A DNA stretch of 60,157 bases from Catajapyx aquilonaris. Lineage: Eukaryota. The notes below the pieces were generated by a model. That model saw only the letters and a list, made by a program, of their open reading frames with translations. It made no database searches and had not been told where the DNA came from. How positions within the stretch are numbered: the stretch's first letter is position 1; the number at the start of each line of letters is the position of its first letter. Positions 11,901-24,000 of this stretch are shown here, piece after piece. The position numbers and the translations under genes were made by a program. The stretch spans positions 1 to 60,157 of the forward strand of contig KZ538591.1 of NCBI GenBank assembly GCA_000934665.2, read 5' to 3'.

Positions 11901-14900
11901 TAAACTCGAATGACATTTTAAAAAGATTGATACATACACAGCGTGTTTAATAATTTAACTCACATCATTATCGGCAGCATGTACAATTTATTTTGGCATC
12001 CTGAGATGTGAAATGAAGGAAGAGAATTCAAGAGACCAGTTTTTCGTGCACAGACAATGTTATGGAGGAGGAAATGACCCTAAACCCGTGCAAGATATTG
12101 ATCCTAATTTACAAAACAAATTGTCGCAGAGATAGTTTGACACACGCTATTCGCGGCATTCATACATTTGTAGTGAAATAGCATTGTCTCTTTAAATGCA
12201 GCCAGGCGCTCCTAAAAAGAGATCATCTCTTAACGATCAAAAGATCCACACAGACTAAAGAAGAAGAATTCCGACCCCAAAGAGTACTAAATTATTAACT
12301 GCCATTTCTTCAGCCTGATGGTTGGGGTCTTTCTTATGCCGAGGTGGTCGATTGTGATGACGTCAGCGGGCTCATTTTCATTTGACATTCATTGTTCCAG
12401 GTTAAGTCACTGGGAACCTGCTGCGAAATAACGAAAGCTATAGTGCTTCCTCCTGAAAATGTCGTCATTTGCACTATTATTTTGCGTAGCTCTCCTGCAA
12501 AATTAGTTGCATTACACCATGCTATCTATTAAAGAGAGTGTGTCAGAGCTTTTGCAAGAATAGAGCGCTATTTGCATTCCTCTCGTAAGGCCGATTACGT
12601 AACTGAAGTGGAGTAGACCCATGTAAAGGTTGACCTATAACCACCCTCTCCATCATATTTTCACAGTTTCACCTGGTCTGGAAACATTGCAACTATCAAT
12701 AGTCCTCTCCTATTGGTCAATGTCGTTTACTTCCAAACGTTACAGTTACGTTACAGTTTTCAACCATAAAATAGCTATATACGTACTATCACCACATTTC
12801 TTAAGCGACAATCTTAATGAGAAACTGGTCAGAAAACATGGCACTGCAAGGTAGTTAATACATGTAGCCAATAAAACCACTGATTCATTTGTGTTCCCAT
12901 ACTGTATATATTACCCCTTAGGACGTGCTATCGATAACAACTCAGGAACAGAGAGCATTATTGGTCACATTATCCTAATGTTTACATGGTTTAGATTTAG
13001 AACATGCTGCTGTACTGATTCCATGATTGATGGTTCCAGGAAAATGGCGATGCGACCGGGAGGCATTTATCTGACAATGGGTCAGTGGAACGCGAGAAAG
13101 AGAGTGTTCCGCAAGCGAAGCGACGTCGCTCCAGCCTTTCGCCGTCGTTGTCATTTGACGAGAACAAAGAGCGTGGAAACTGGTCCAGCAAACTCGAGTT
13201 CCTTCTGTCCTGTCTGTCGTACGCGGTCGGGCTTGGAAACATATGGCGATTTCCTTACCTCTGCTACAGAAATGGAGGAGGTATACACAAAACCTGCCTA
13301 CGATACCAGTCACAGGTCGAGATCTTACCTTTTCTCCTTTTTCAATGACATATATTGTCGCCTATTCGAATTGTATAATATGCATATTTAGATTGTGAGC
13401 GCAGGTTCTCTAGATAGCTTCTGGTTGGCGATATGTTGCGAACAAAAATCGCGTCTCTCTTTTTAAGGTCGCTGCGATTTTTTGGCGACAAAACGATCTG
13501 GGTGACCTTAATAAATCATACATATCTCAGGGAACATAGATCCGTTCTCTTTCCAGGGTTTCTTTTTCAGATATTTTTGAGGTAAGCCCCCACCAATATA
13601 TCATTGTTTTGAATATCCAGCAGCGTTTCGCCAGCAGAAGTTGTTTCGAGAACCCAAGTTAGTGATTCTTTTTTTGCAAAAAAAAAAACAAAAAAAACAA
13701 AAAAAAAAAAAAAAGTGGAAGTGTTCGGAAGTGAAGTCGAGGTGATCCTTTTCCAGATGTCGGTTTTTTTCAGAGCTGTTGTGCTCTAGTTAAAATTCGG
13801 ACTGGAAAGGAATAGTAATTACCGAGGCTTCGCATCTTGACATTCTGTAATTTTGACGGTTTTGTCTCCAGGAAAAGAAAAAAGAAATGAGACGGACAGC
13901 ACGCCTAAGGTGGCACAACTATATCCTTTACCTACTTTACCCTATATCGTAATTTAATTTTCTAACCATTCTTTAAAATATCCCCTGTACCATTATCGTC
14001 AGAAATATTTTCGTAATTTATTGATTACGAATATCTAATGCTCAAATGAAATTCTGGTAATCTGTCATGGACTATCTATATTAATATTATATTATAGCCT
14101 GTGACCTGTCCAATAATCTGAAACTAATCATATAATTTAACATTTCTGATGATAAGTTCCTTTCAACTTGAAATACACTTTCCTCTTGACCTGATATTGT
14201 GACACGACCCATCTATAAAAGGGTACGATTAGGTCTTAGGTCACAGTGTGGAAGAGGCTTTCCTACCACATTAGGCGGCAAGTTCTAAACAAGTGATAAC
14301 TCAATTTCTGGTTAATTGTGTCAAAAAAGAACTTTGCCACCAGGGAAAGGCTGCTCTGCACTAAAAGGCCCCCAGTCCAATTTGACATTCACCTTTCAAA
14401 TACTGTCGCCATTTTCAAAATTAGTCTAACCATAAGTGTAACGAGATCAATATGCGACAGTATTTAAAGGTCAAGGGTCACCATCAAGGGTGGCAGGTAG
14501 GACCAGGACAACATTTAAAGACAGTATTGTTGCTTACTGCTTGTTACTTTGCTTCCCATGATTTTAATGAGTTGTTTTAACGTTTTCTTTTCACAGGCGC
14601 CTTCTTGATTCCCTACACTTTGATGCTGATTTGTACTGGTCTTCCACTCTTTTTCTTTGAGTTGTCCTTTGGACAGTATGCCAGCGAGGGGCCAATTACC
14701 ATTTGGAAAATTTGCCCCCTGTTCCAAGGTAAGGAGAGTCGGTCCCATCCGAATCTCGCCTCTCAAATAAGGGATAGAGAATTTGAGAGAATTTATGGAA
14801 TGTAAGTGGTTTGTCACACGTTTTCATGTTTGTTCAAAATAGTGTGCAGATCAAAATGAAACCTTGTGTACTTGGAGAAGTCGAAGGAGGATGACTTCAA

Positions 14901-17900
14901 AAAAAATCGTAATTCCAACTCTGTATTTCCACTGCTAACCAGCTGTGTAACTATATGTGATTTCTATTAATTATGCGCTCTATGCAGATTTGGAGACATC
15001 CTCGTGATTATATGGTCAAAATAGCTTACATACAGAAATGCAATAACTGTTCAAAACGTTCTAGAAACATTGTGTTTGACATAAACCTAATATCAGTCTC
15101 TAATAATAACAAGTTGATCAGATACAATGTTTCTTGACATGTTAATAATGTGTGTCACCTTCAGATTATTATTGTCTTTACTGGACCGTTTCTTTCATAA
15201 TTATCTCGTACAGTAATGCTGCGTATCATCATGTGCATTCCTAATGTACACATATACATTGTGTGTTGCAGGTGTAGGTTACGGAATGTTCCTGATCTCC
15301 GTTTTTGTTGGGATCTATTACAACATAATCCTGTCCTGGGCCATTTTCTATCTCTTCTCATCGTTTACTAACGATCTACCCTGGTCTTCGTGCGACAACT
15401 GGTGGAATAGCAAAGGTAACTCGCAGGTTTATCCAAGTGCATGTAAGTAGAATCTAACGTGACCTTGAATAATAGCTTGCAGAAAGTTCGACATGAAAAA
15501 CTGCACTGCTAGAGGTGGTCTGATGAGTTCTAATGGAACTTGTTTCTACCAGTGGAGTGTGACTGAAGAAGACTGGAGCTCTCTGAACGAGAGTAATATC
15601 AAAATGAAAATGCCTGCCGACGAGTATTTCCAGTAAGTAGGATTAAACCTGTGCAATTAACCCGTACCTGAAATTGTGCTAATGCGTATGATTTGTGATG
15701 CAGCAATTTTATGTTGGACATGAGTGAGGGAATCCATGACATTGGAGAAGTCAGATGGAGTTTGGCTCTTTGTCTTCTCCTGGCATGGATCATCGTATTT
15801 GCCGTGTTGCTGAGAGGCATCAAAAGCGTCGGAAAGGTTAGTGCATTATGAACAACTATTATTAGTAGTTATCAGGCGGATAAAAGCATATAGTAACATA
15901 TATCACCCTATTTCAATCGCTCAATAATGTAGTGTAGCCAATAAGCCAAGTGGAAAATGACAGTACAGGCAACTCGAATTGAGCGGGCGACTACCTCCTA
16001 CTATCTGGTGTTACCCCAGCAGATGGTAGTGTCAAAGCGACGTTCCGGCACCGTCTTCACTACGTTCCTTCCTCACCTATCCCAGGAATTGGAGAGACTA
16101 TGCCAGACTTGGCGAATGCACATAGCAAGTGACTTCAAATATTACTCGTCTGATCCTTGGCGTACATGCGGCTTATTTTAATTGGTATGCGATGTAACTG
16201 TTACATGGGCAAAATTTGAGTGAACACCCATAATAATGAATATAGCAGGCAGAGTGCTTTCTGAAAATGACTGATGCACCTCCTGAGTCCTTCTAGTTCC
16301 CTGCTTCCCTGTAACTTTTATATTTCTTCAATATCCCAAGATTTTTAGTTACATACTCGACCGCTGGTACATCCCGGGGTATTTGAAATACCTGCGAGCC
16401 GGTTCTATTCTGGTTACACATAAATATTAGTTTATGTCCTTGGCACCTAATCCACTGAACGCATACCGGTATTTATATCAGTTTGCGGATAAGCAAAATT
16501 TAAAATAACATGTATGTAGCAAGCATTACATGAAGGGTAGAGCCGTAGAGCATAAAGAGTAGAGCTGTAATTTTCTGATATATTAGTTAGGAAAACAATT
16601 AGCTGACATACTGGACTTAATCACAAGCGTAGGGCAGCAGATTATGAGTATGTACAGTACTGTGCTCTTCGGTACCCTTTGATGTACAGTACATGTAAGA
16701 TAAACACGTTGTTTTTCATGTAGCTAATAAACATAGGCATGCTGCATCCCCGGTCTGCGACGGGGTTGCAGCTATTGGGTTATAAGTTGCGAGGGTAGCA
16801 GAAGGCGCGCAAGGTGTCAAGCCCAACAGGTAGAGCGCAGACAGCAGGCATATGTGGGTAGCACCTCCTGCCGTATTCTGGTACCCTGCCACTTACTAGC
16901 TACAAAACGCCGTCCCTGCAACGTCCGCGCAACATTCCACATAAATACTTCTGTCGCAAGTCAGACCGCTTTGTACGAACCGGTATGAACGGCCAGTTTA
17001 GCCGAATTTGATACGAAAATGTCCCGGTTTATTCGTACATTGCGGCAAGGACCGCTACCTGAACATGTTTCTTTAGTTATATCGGTGTACTTAGCGGTTA
17101 AAGTGCATTGAATCCGCAGTGAAGACTTGCCGGTGAACTCCTGCAGCCTTTTGTCATGCTTGCATCTAGGGCAAAAGATGCGACCAACCCGCAACATCTC
17201 CCGCATGTATAGGCATATACGGTACCCGGCCCATACTGATGTAAGAGCCGTTGTCTTATAATAATCGACAAAAATGCGCACGACAATATTATTATGACGG
17301 CAAGGTGCATAATTTACGTAGTTACATATGTGGGATTGATTTATAGATTTAGGCCAGTTATGTACAGTACATGTAATACCAAAATGCAGTTGGTGGCCTG
17401 TGCCTATGCCACCACCTGGCCTATCTTGTTAGCCTGCCAATTTGGTCACATTCCGCTATCCTCTAGCCAACATTGAGCCTACCCCGACTACCTAGGCTGC
17501 AGTTTTAGGAATACCGCGTAAACCACCTCCTGCTGACTTCTGCGCTGTGTGCATGCCGGGACCAAATATTTGGCTCCAACAAAGAAAGCAGGCATGGCCA
17601 TGGCAGGCTTGAATGTGCCGGCACGTGTAGGCGCTGCAAGTGCCAACTCCCTGCCGCACCCCACCTTCTGCCCCCGTTCTGTTGCCCCAGCTGAACCCGC
17701 TCATATTCGTACGCCATGTACTCGACGTCTCTGCCATCCCACCAACCGGGTCTCGTCCATTTCGTCATCAGTGCATTGGACAGATTTTTGCCATGCCTGC
17801 TGGACAACTCCTGCTGTGTTTAGATGCCCTGCTAGACTACACCTCTCTGCTGAAAGAGTCTTGATGGGACATAGAAAAAGAGGGGATTTTTTTCCCCCTC

Positions 17901-20900
17901 CTCTTCAGCATATGTGTAGCACCGATAGCACATGTAACTTTGCTTGTCTTTCCAGGCGGTATACTTCACTGCCCTATTTCCATACATGGTGCTGATTGTA
18001 CTCTTGGTGCGTGCGGCGACTCTTCCCGGATACGTAGATGGTATTCTGTTCTATCTCACACCTGAGTGGAGCAAGTTGGCGGAAGCTGGTGTAAGTGTTG
18101 CGTTGTAATCCGTTGAACAGGTTGGGCAGGGGCAGGGGAGCATATAGTTGTGACTTTGGTGCTATTTAAGGTGTGGGCGGACGCCTGCGTCCAGATCTTC
18201 TTTTCCCTCGGGCCCTGTTGGGGTGGACTCATCACTCTCTCCAGTTACAACAAGTTCAAAAATAACTGTTACAGGTATCACTTGTGTTCATGGTGTTCAG
18301 GCAGTCGTTGATATGTCGTATTAAAGAGGCATGGTGATGTATAATAATGCTTGCTGACATGTATGATTGTCGACAGGAGGGATATTGACACATACAAGGG
18401 ACTTTATATACGTTCGCGGCCTGCCATTGAAGGAGCGGAGTAGTGGTAATCTGACGACGCCATGAAATTGACCTATAAATAAAAATCTTTTAGGTGCTTC
18501 TGCTTCATGCCATAAACTTATATAATGTCCCGTGTATTTGTACCATAAAGTAATGGGCAGTGTCGTAAGAATCTGTGGTGTCAAATATCTCGACCTTATG
18601 TGTGAATAGCAGTCCTCTGCCTTTGGTATCTCACATGCATGCTTTTGATGCCTGAATTCTTAGTTTATTGTGCATCTTTATTATGGTAAAATCCAATTCA
18701 GTTTCTTTATTTTCCAGTGCTAATGTTATTACAGTGGTGCTAATTGCTTAGAAACTATTAATACTATTATGCCTGTATAAGTTACAGTGAAACCTGCTCA
18801 TTACGGACCCTAGGTATAGCGGAAACCTATCCATTGAGGAATTTTTCCTAGGAACGGGCGTATGTATAGGACATGCAATGTATTTTTTGACCGATATTAC
18901 GGAACCTGCCCAACGCAGAAACGGAAGGGATTTGGTCTCCCTTCAAAGAAAATCTCTGTTCATAATGGAAATCAAAAGGTTCACATCAAGGGGGTAACCA
19001 CTTTGGTACTCCGATGTACACCTGCGAGTGGTACTCCCTGGTACTTCTTGAATTTGGTAGTCACAAAAATAGAAACTAAAGCTGGGTTCACTCTGGGCCA
19101 TCGCAGCCCTTCCAGGAGGCCTCTGAGTAACCCTTTTTGGACCGTCCTTTCACCATACTGTGTCTCATAATTGCTGGAATTACTATCGGCTCGTAGCCTT
19201 GAAGAAAGGGGACTATTTTTGGTTGGAAAATGGAAATACAGCGTTCGGGGGGGGGGGGCTTGCACCATATTGAAGGTAAGGTGCTTATTTTTGCTCCCCA
19301 TTTTCCTCTCTCTCTCAGTGGCAAAAAAATCTTAGTAATGTCAAGGTAAAGGTAATGTCCTTGATCTCAATATAGCGGAAACCTATCCATTATGGAAAAA
19401 TTTTAGGGTCTTGTGCGATTCCGTAATCCACAGGTTTCACTTATAGGTTTATAAAAGTAGCTTTGAACATAATATTTTGTTTTATTTTGTTATTTGCATG
19501 ATTTTACTTACGATTTTGGCATAGATTTATGCCCCAGTAATTAACCCACTTCATTGGAAAGAAAATTGTAAGTCACCCAGGAGCAGTTTATCATCTTTAA
19601 CAGCTAAAACTGTCCTAAATCACTTTTTAATCACTCATCATGTAGTTATGAGATTCTTTATCTGCATAAATCCACTGGTGCACACACGGGGGGGGGGGGG
19701 GTNNNNGCTAGATGTCAAGAATGATTGAAAAACTGCTAATATTGGCAACACTGGAATTGTTGGTGAACTTGAAAACCTGGTAGTCAAAACTGTAGTGCAT
19801 CCTAGGGACTCTTTCCAAGAAATGCAAAACACATAGATTGAATATCTGTGGCAAAACAAAGATACTTTCTCTGCTGTCTATAAACAGTGCCAGTGAGAAT
19901 TCTTTGAAACTTGAGATTCCAATAATAAAACCAAGAACAACCAGCAGACAGACCATGCGAAGCAATATTCCTGCAAACAGCATGGAGGAATACTACAGGA
20001 GATGACTGTAAGGGTGTTCCAAGTTCGTGGGTCACTTCTTGATACCTGATATCGCCCGATAGTTATTTTTAGGGGGTCAAATATAGCAGTAGTTATAGAA
20101 TAGGGCACATGGTTAGGGGCACAACAAGCTACAAAAAAATAACGAAAATTTTGTGTGCGCCATTGATAAATCGTTCCCAATATGAATTTTCATTGGACAC
20201 GGACCCAAAAGCTGGTGCATGTTATTGCTCTGTGTGAATCCAGAGATAATCTCAAGGACATCGGTCGTAAATTCAGCTTCATGGCCGGTTTCACCAAGCC
20301 CGGTTTTCATAAAAACCCCGGTTCTTTCAGAAAATTCCTGCAAATAAAATAGGGCTTTTCCGAAAGAACCGAGGTTTTTATGAAAACCAGGCTTGGTGAA
20401 ACTGGCCATTAGGCAGCTTAACAGTTTGATGAGAAACGGACAAGAGGGAGCTTATTTTGTACTTGCAATGGAATAACATGAGTATGCTAGCCATAAGTTA
20501 AACATAATTAATACAACTAGAAGTTTTATGCTAGTGATTTTACATTAGTTAACTGATTTTAAGAATACTTTTATGCACAATGCATAAACACATGGGCCAA
20601 CCATCACTACAACGACACTCCTAACTCCCTTAAAAGTTACCTTACAAATTAGAAGGGAGATGTGGGGACATTGCATTGGCAATGATTTAACCACATGCAT
20701 CATCATTAATTGATGAATAAAAATGAGGAAACAGTATGTACTAGGGAACCAACACTATTGTGGACCAGGATGTGGACTCTGTATTAAGATTTTGCCTATA
20801 GTAAGTGACACATCACTACAAAAAGATGTTCCATCTGCGAGCCTTCCACATTTGAGTATTAAATGCTCTACTGAACGTTATTGAGCTTTGCGTTTAGTAG

Positions 20901-21016
20901 GTTATATGTTTAACTTCAATACTGCTGTACTTATGATTGTCACTTAAGCAATTAAAACAAAGGTAATAATGATGATGATGATGGTGGTGGTGATGATGAT
21001 GATGATGATGATGATG

Positions 21017-21080
<64 letters not shown>

Positions 21081-24000
21081 ATTTATTTGTGGCGATGGAG
21101 TACCACCTGCAATTATACGAGACTGTCACACTTACCAGTGTGAGCTTCAGTTAATCTGCAGTGAAGCAATGGCGAAGACAGTCAGGTCTTTATATTTGAA
21201 ACATAATAATGATATGATGCAACTGTTTTAATACATGTACAGGTTTGGGCTGATGCTGCTGTTCAAATCTTCTTTTCCTTGTCGCCATGCTGGGGTGGGC
21301 TCATCACTTTAGCCAGTTATAATAAGTTTCACAACAACGTACTCAGGTAAATATGATATTTTCTAGCACATATGACAAGCCTACAGTTATAATTACATAT
21401 AGAATTAAGGCCAAATAATTGTAGAGTAACAGTGTGCATTGCATTTCTTATTGCTTGGGCAGTAGTTTGCATTGTCCAGTTTTGTTTATATTAGAGAATG
21501 ACTTTGCTAACAGTGCATACAGTAGTTAAATTCTTTGGTATGTTATGTTGCTTGCTGTGTAATACAGTTTGATGTCTTTTGAGTTATTAGATTCATGGTC
21601 AATGTGTCTAAATTGTGTAGCAAGTGGGGATTTTTCACATCCCACAAGTATACTGTATATGTGCAAGGGTGATGGTAATAGAAGCATTATTTTTTAAATT
21701 TTGGGCATAGTGACCAAAGGACATAAGATTTGCATAGTAGGCCACTAAGGGGTAATTAGGTGTGTTTACATTAGGGGAAGATGGGATTGACATGCAGTTG
21801 AATCTCAATCAAGAGGCAAGCTTGCACTTTGACACTGGAAGTGAGCTGCAGATGAGCTACCCCAGGTGCATCTCAAATTGGCATGCTCCAGACACTTCCT
21901 CGAAGAGCCAGGTGCTGCTATGATACAACCTGACAATGCACTGGACATTTATCTGTGCTTTCATAAGCATTCCAAAAGTGAACTATTCTCTCCTGGGATT
22001 AGCTCTCGGCTTAGGCACAGGCCTGTTTGGGTTTATCTGAGACAGTTACTCAAAGGTTGTCTCAAACACACGCCTCTGGACCACTGTCAGCACAGGTCCC
22101 CTAATGTAAATGCACATGTTGAGTTCCAGTTTTCAATGTAGTCACAGTTATTCTGTGCAAGCTGGCGCTGGTGGACTAGTGGTTAGCGCGCTTGCCTCTG
22201 GTCCCAAAGTCGTGGGTTCGAACCAAGCCGAGGTCGGTGACTTTTCTCCAGGTGGTAGAAAAGTGAGAGTGCGCCTTCCTTCGGAGGGGAAGTAAAGCCA
22301 TCGGTCCCGTGTGCTTGTGACATTGCGCGAGTGCACGTTAAAGATCCCCAGAGTGGCCAAATTTCCAGGAGGAGGACCACCCCCTGGCGTCGGTGTTGAG
22401 CCTTGCGGCAGAAACAGGCCGACGTTAAGCCCCACTGAAAAGTTATTCTGTCCACACATTTGCCTGAGCAGTGAACAAGCTTGCTCATGGTTTCATACTA
22501 TTAATAATAATAATATAATCAGGACCAGGAGATTTTTCTACTGACATTCGCCCCATCTCATCACTCTGATTATCGCACCAATAGTGGCTTCTTTGGGTCA
22601 TGGTAGGCAGAAGAAGCTCCTGCAGAGAGTGAGGGTGGTAAGGTGGCTACCCAAAACTTCCCATATGGTACTCATCTTTGAATGTCATCATATGTTTCTC
22701 TGTACTTATGACATCTAACTCTCACTGTCATTCAAGATCTCATCTTGTGAGTAGGCCTGCCATATTTGATGCAACATAAAGAGACCATTTCATTGGTGCA
22801 GATAATATTTTGAAACTTCTGATGAGGTGGTGAATCAATCACAGGGCTCTCTTGATTATTTCTGTAATGAGACCATGGAAAACTCAGCCATGCATGGTCA
22901 CATGTGTGTGAGATGTGTATGGAGTATTTGTGACTACATCTAAAAATAGTGCTCAACAGCCTGATACCATAAAAATTTTGTCCACCTTGATCATTATTAG
23001 CACCGATATATTTTTTTAAAACTGGGAACCTCTTACTGTCACCATCAACCTTGAAATACAGGGTGAACAAAAAAGAATATCAGGGTTTCATGTGGTCATT
23101 GTGGCTGTAGAAATGTGGATCCTACGTGAGATGAAAGAGCAAGTTTCAAAGATTCATATGGGATGCGACAAAGTTGTTCACCCCCTCTCTCGGTCACGTG
23201 ACAACCCATTTTTCAAACATGGCATCTCCAGAGCAGAAAGTGTTTTGTGTCCTCCAGTTTGCGAAGTGCAAATCAGTAGTTACTGTTCAGAGGGCGTTCC
23301 TGCGACAATTGGGAGGTGATCCCCCATCTGACAACAACATTCTGTGGTGGTACAACCAGTTCCAAGAGACAGGGTACCTCTGCAAAGGCAAGAGTACAGG
23401 ACTCCCTGATGCTTTCCACTTTGTCTTCTGACACATGTGGGTGTCCTGTAGTCTTGCCTTTGCAGAGGTACCCTGTCTCTTGGAACTGGTTGTACCACCA
23501 CAGAATGTTGTTGTCAAATGGGGGATCACCTCCCACTTGTCGCTGGAACGCCCTCTGAACAGTAACTACCGATTTGCACTTTGCAAACTGCAGGACACAA
23601 AACGGTTTCTGAAGATGCCATGTTTGAAAAGTGGAGTTGTCACGTGACTGAGAGAGGGGGGGAACAACTTGGCGCATCCCATATGAATCTCTGAAACTTG
23701 CTCTTTCATCTCAAGTAGGATCCATATTTCTACAGCCAATTACCTAGCCACAATGACCATATGAAACTCCAATATTCTTTTTTGTACACCCTGTATATTT
23801 GTATTGTAAATACACTGTGCATGCAATATAATTATACATATGATCAAATTCAATACGTCTCATGCTTATTAAATTTCTAATTAGGGATGCCCTGACTGTT
23901 GCCACTGGAAACTGCCTGACAAGTTTCTTCGCAGGATTTGTCATATTTGGGATTCTGGGTTTCATGGCCCATGAGCTGGGTGTGCCAGTGAAAGAAGTAG

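Noticed and set aside
12817..12850. [12 protein letters not shown] as the first SLC6 exon (also ATG 8535 to donor 8590)
   Set aside because: Both donors are phase 1; joining to the phase-0 acceptor at 13040 shifts the frame into a stop.
12891..13391. 166-aa and antisense ORFs over SLC6 exon 2
   Set aside because: Shadow frames of a GC-rich exon; the SLC6 motifs are in the 13040 frame.
17755..17775. Hammerhead ribozyme core (minus strand CTGATGACGAAA)
   Set aside because: No stem II between CUGAUGA and GAAA and no flanking stems found; other CTGATGA hits also lacked the fold.
20894..21154. Poly-Tyr/His/Ile/Met ORFs (also 44959-45216)
   Set aside because: These are translations of (ATG)n and (ATA/ATT)n microsatellites.
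18171..21346. Duplicate TM6 exon as an assembly or haplotype artefact (an N gap lies at 19703-19706)
   Set aside because: The exons differ at many synonymous sites and their flanking introns are unrelated, which does not fit allelic or collapsed duplication.
22160..22235. tRNA genes at A/B-box sequences (also 28727, 38610, 42570, 46360, 48352)
   Set aside because: No complete cloverleaf; each continues into a SINE body, most with a tail and TSD.
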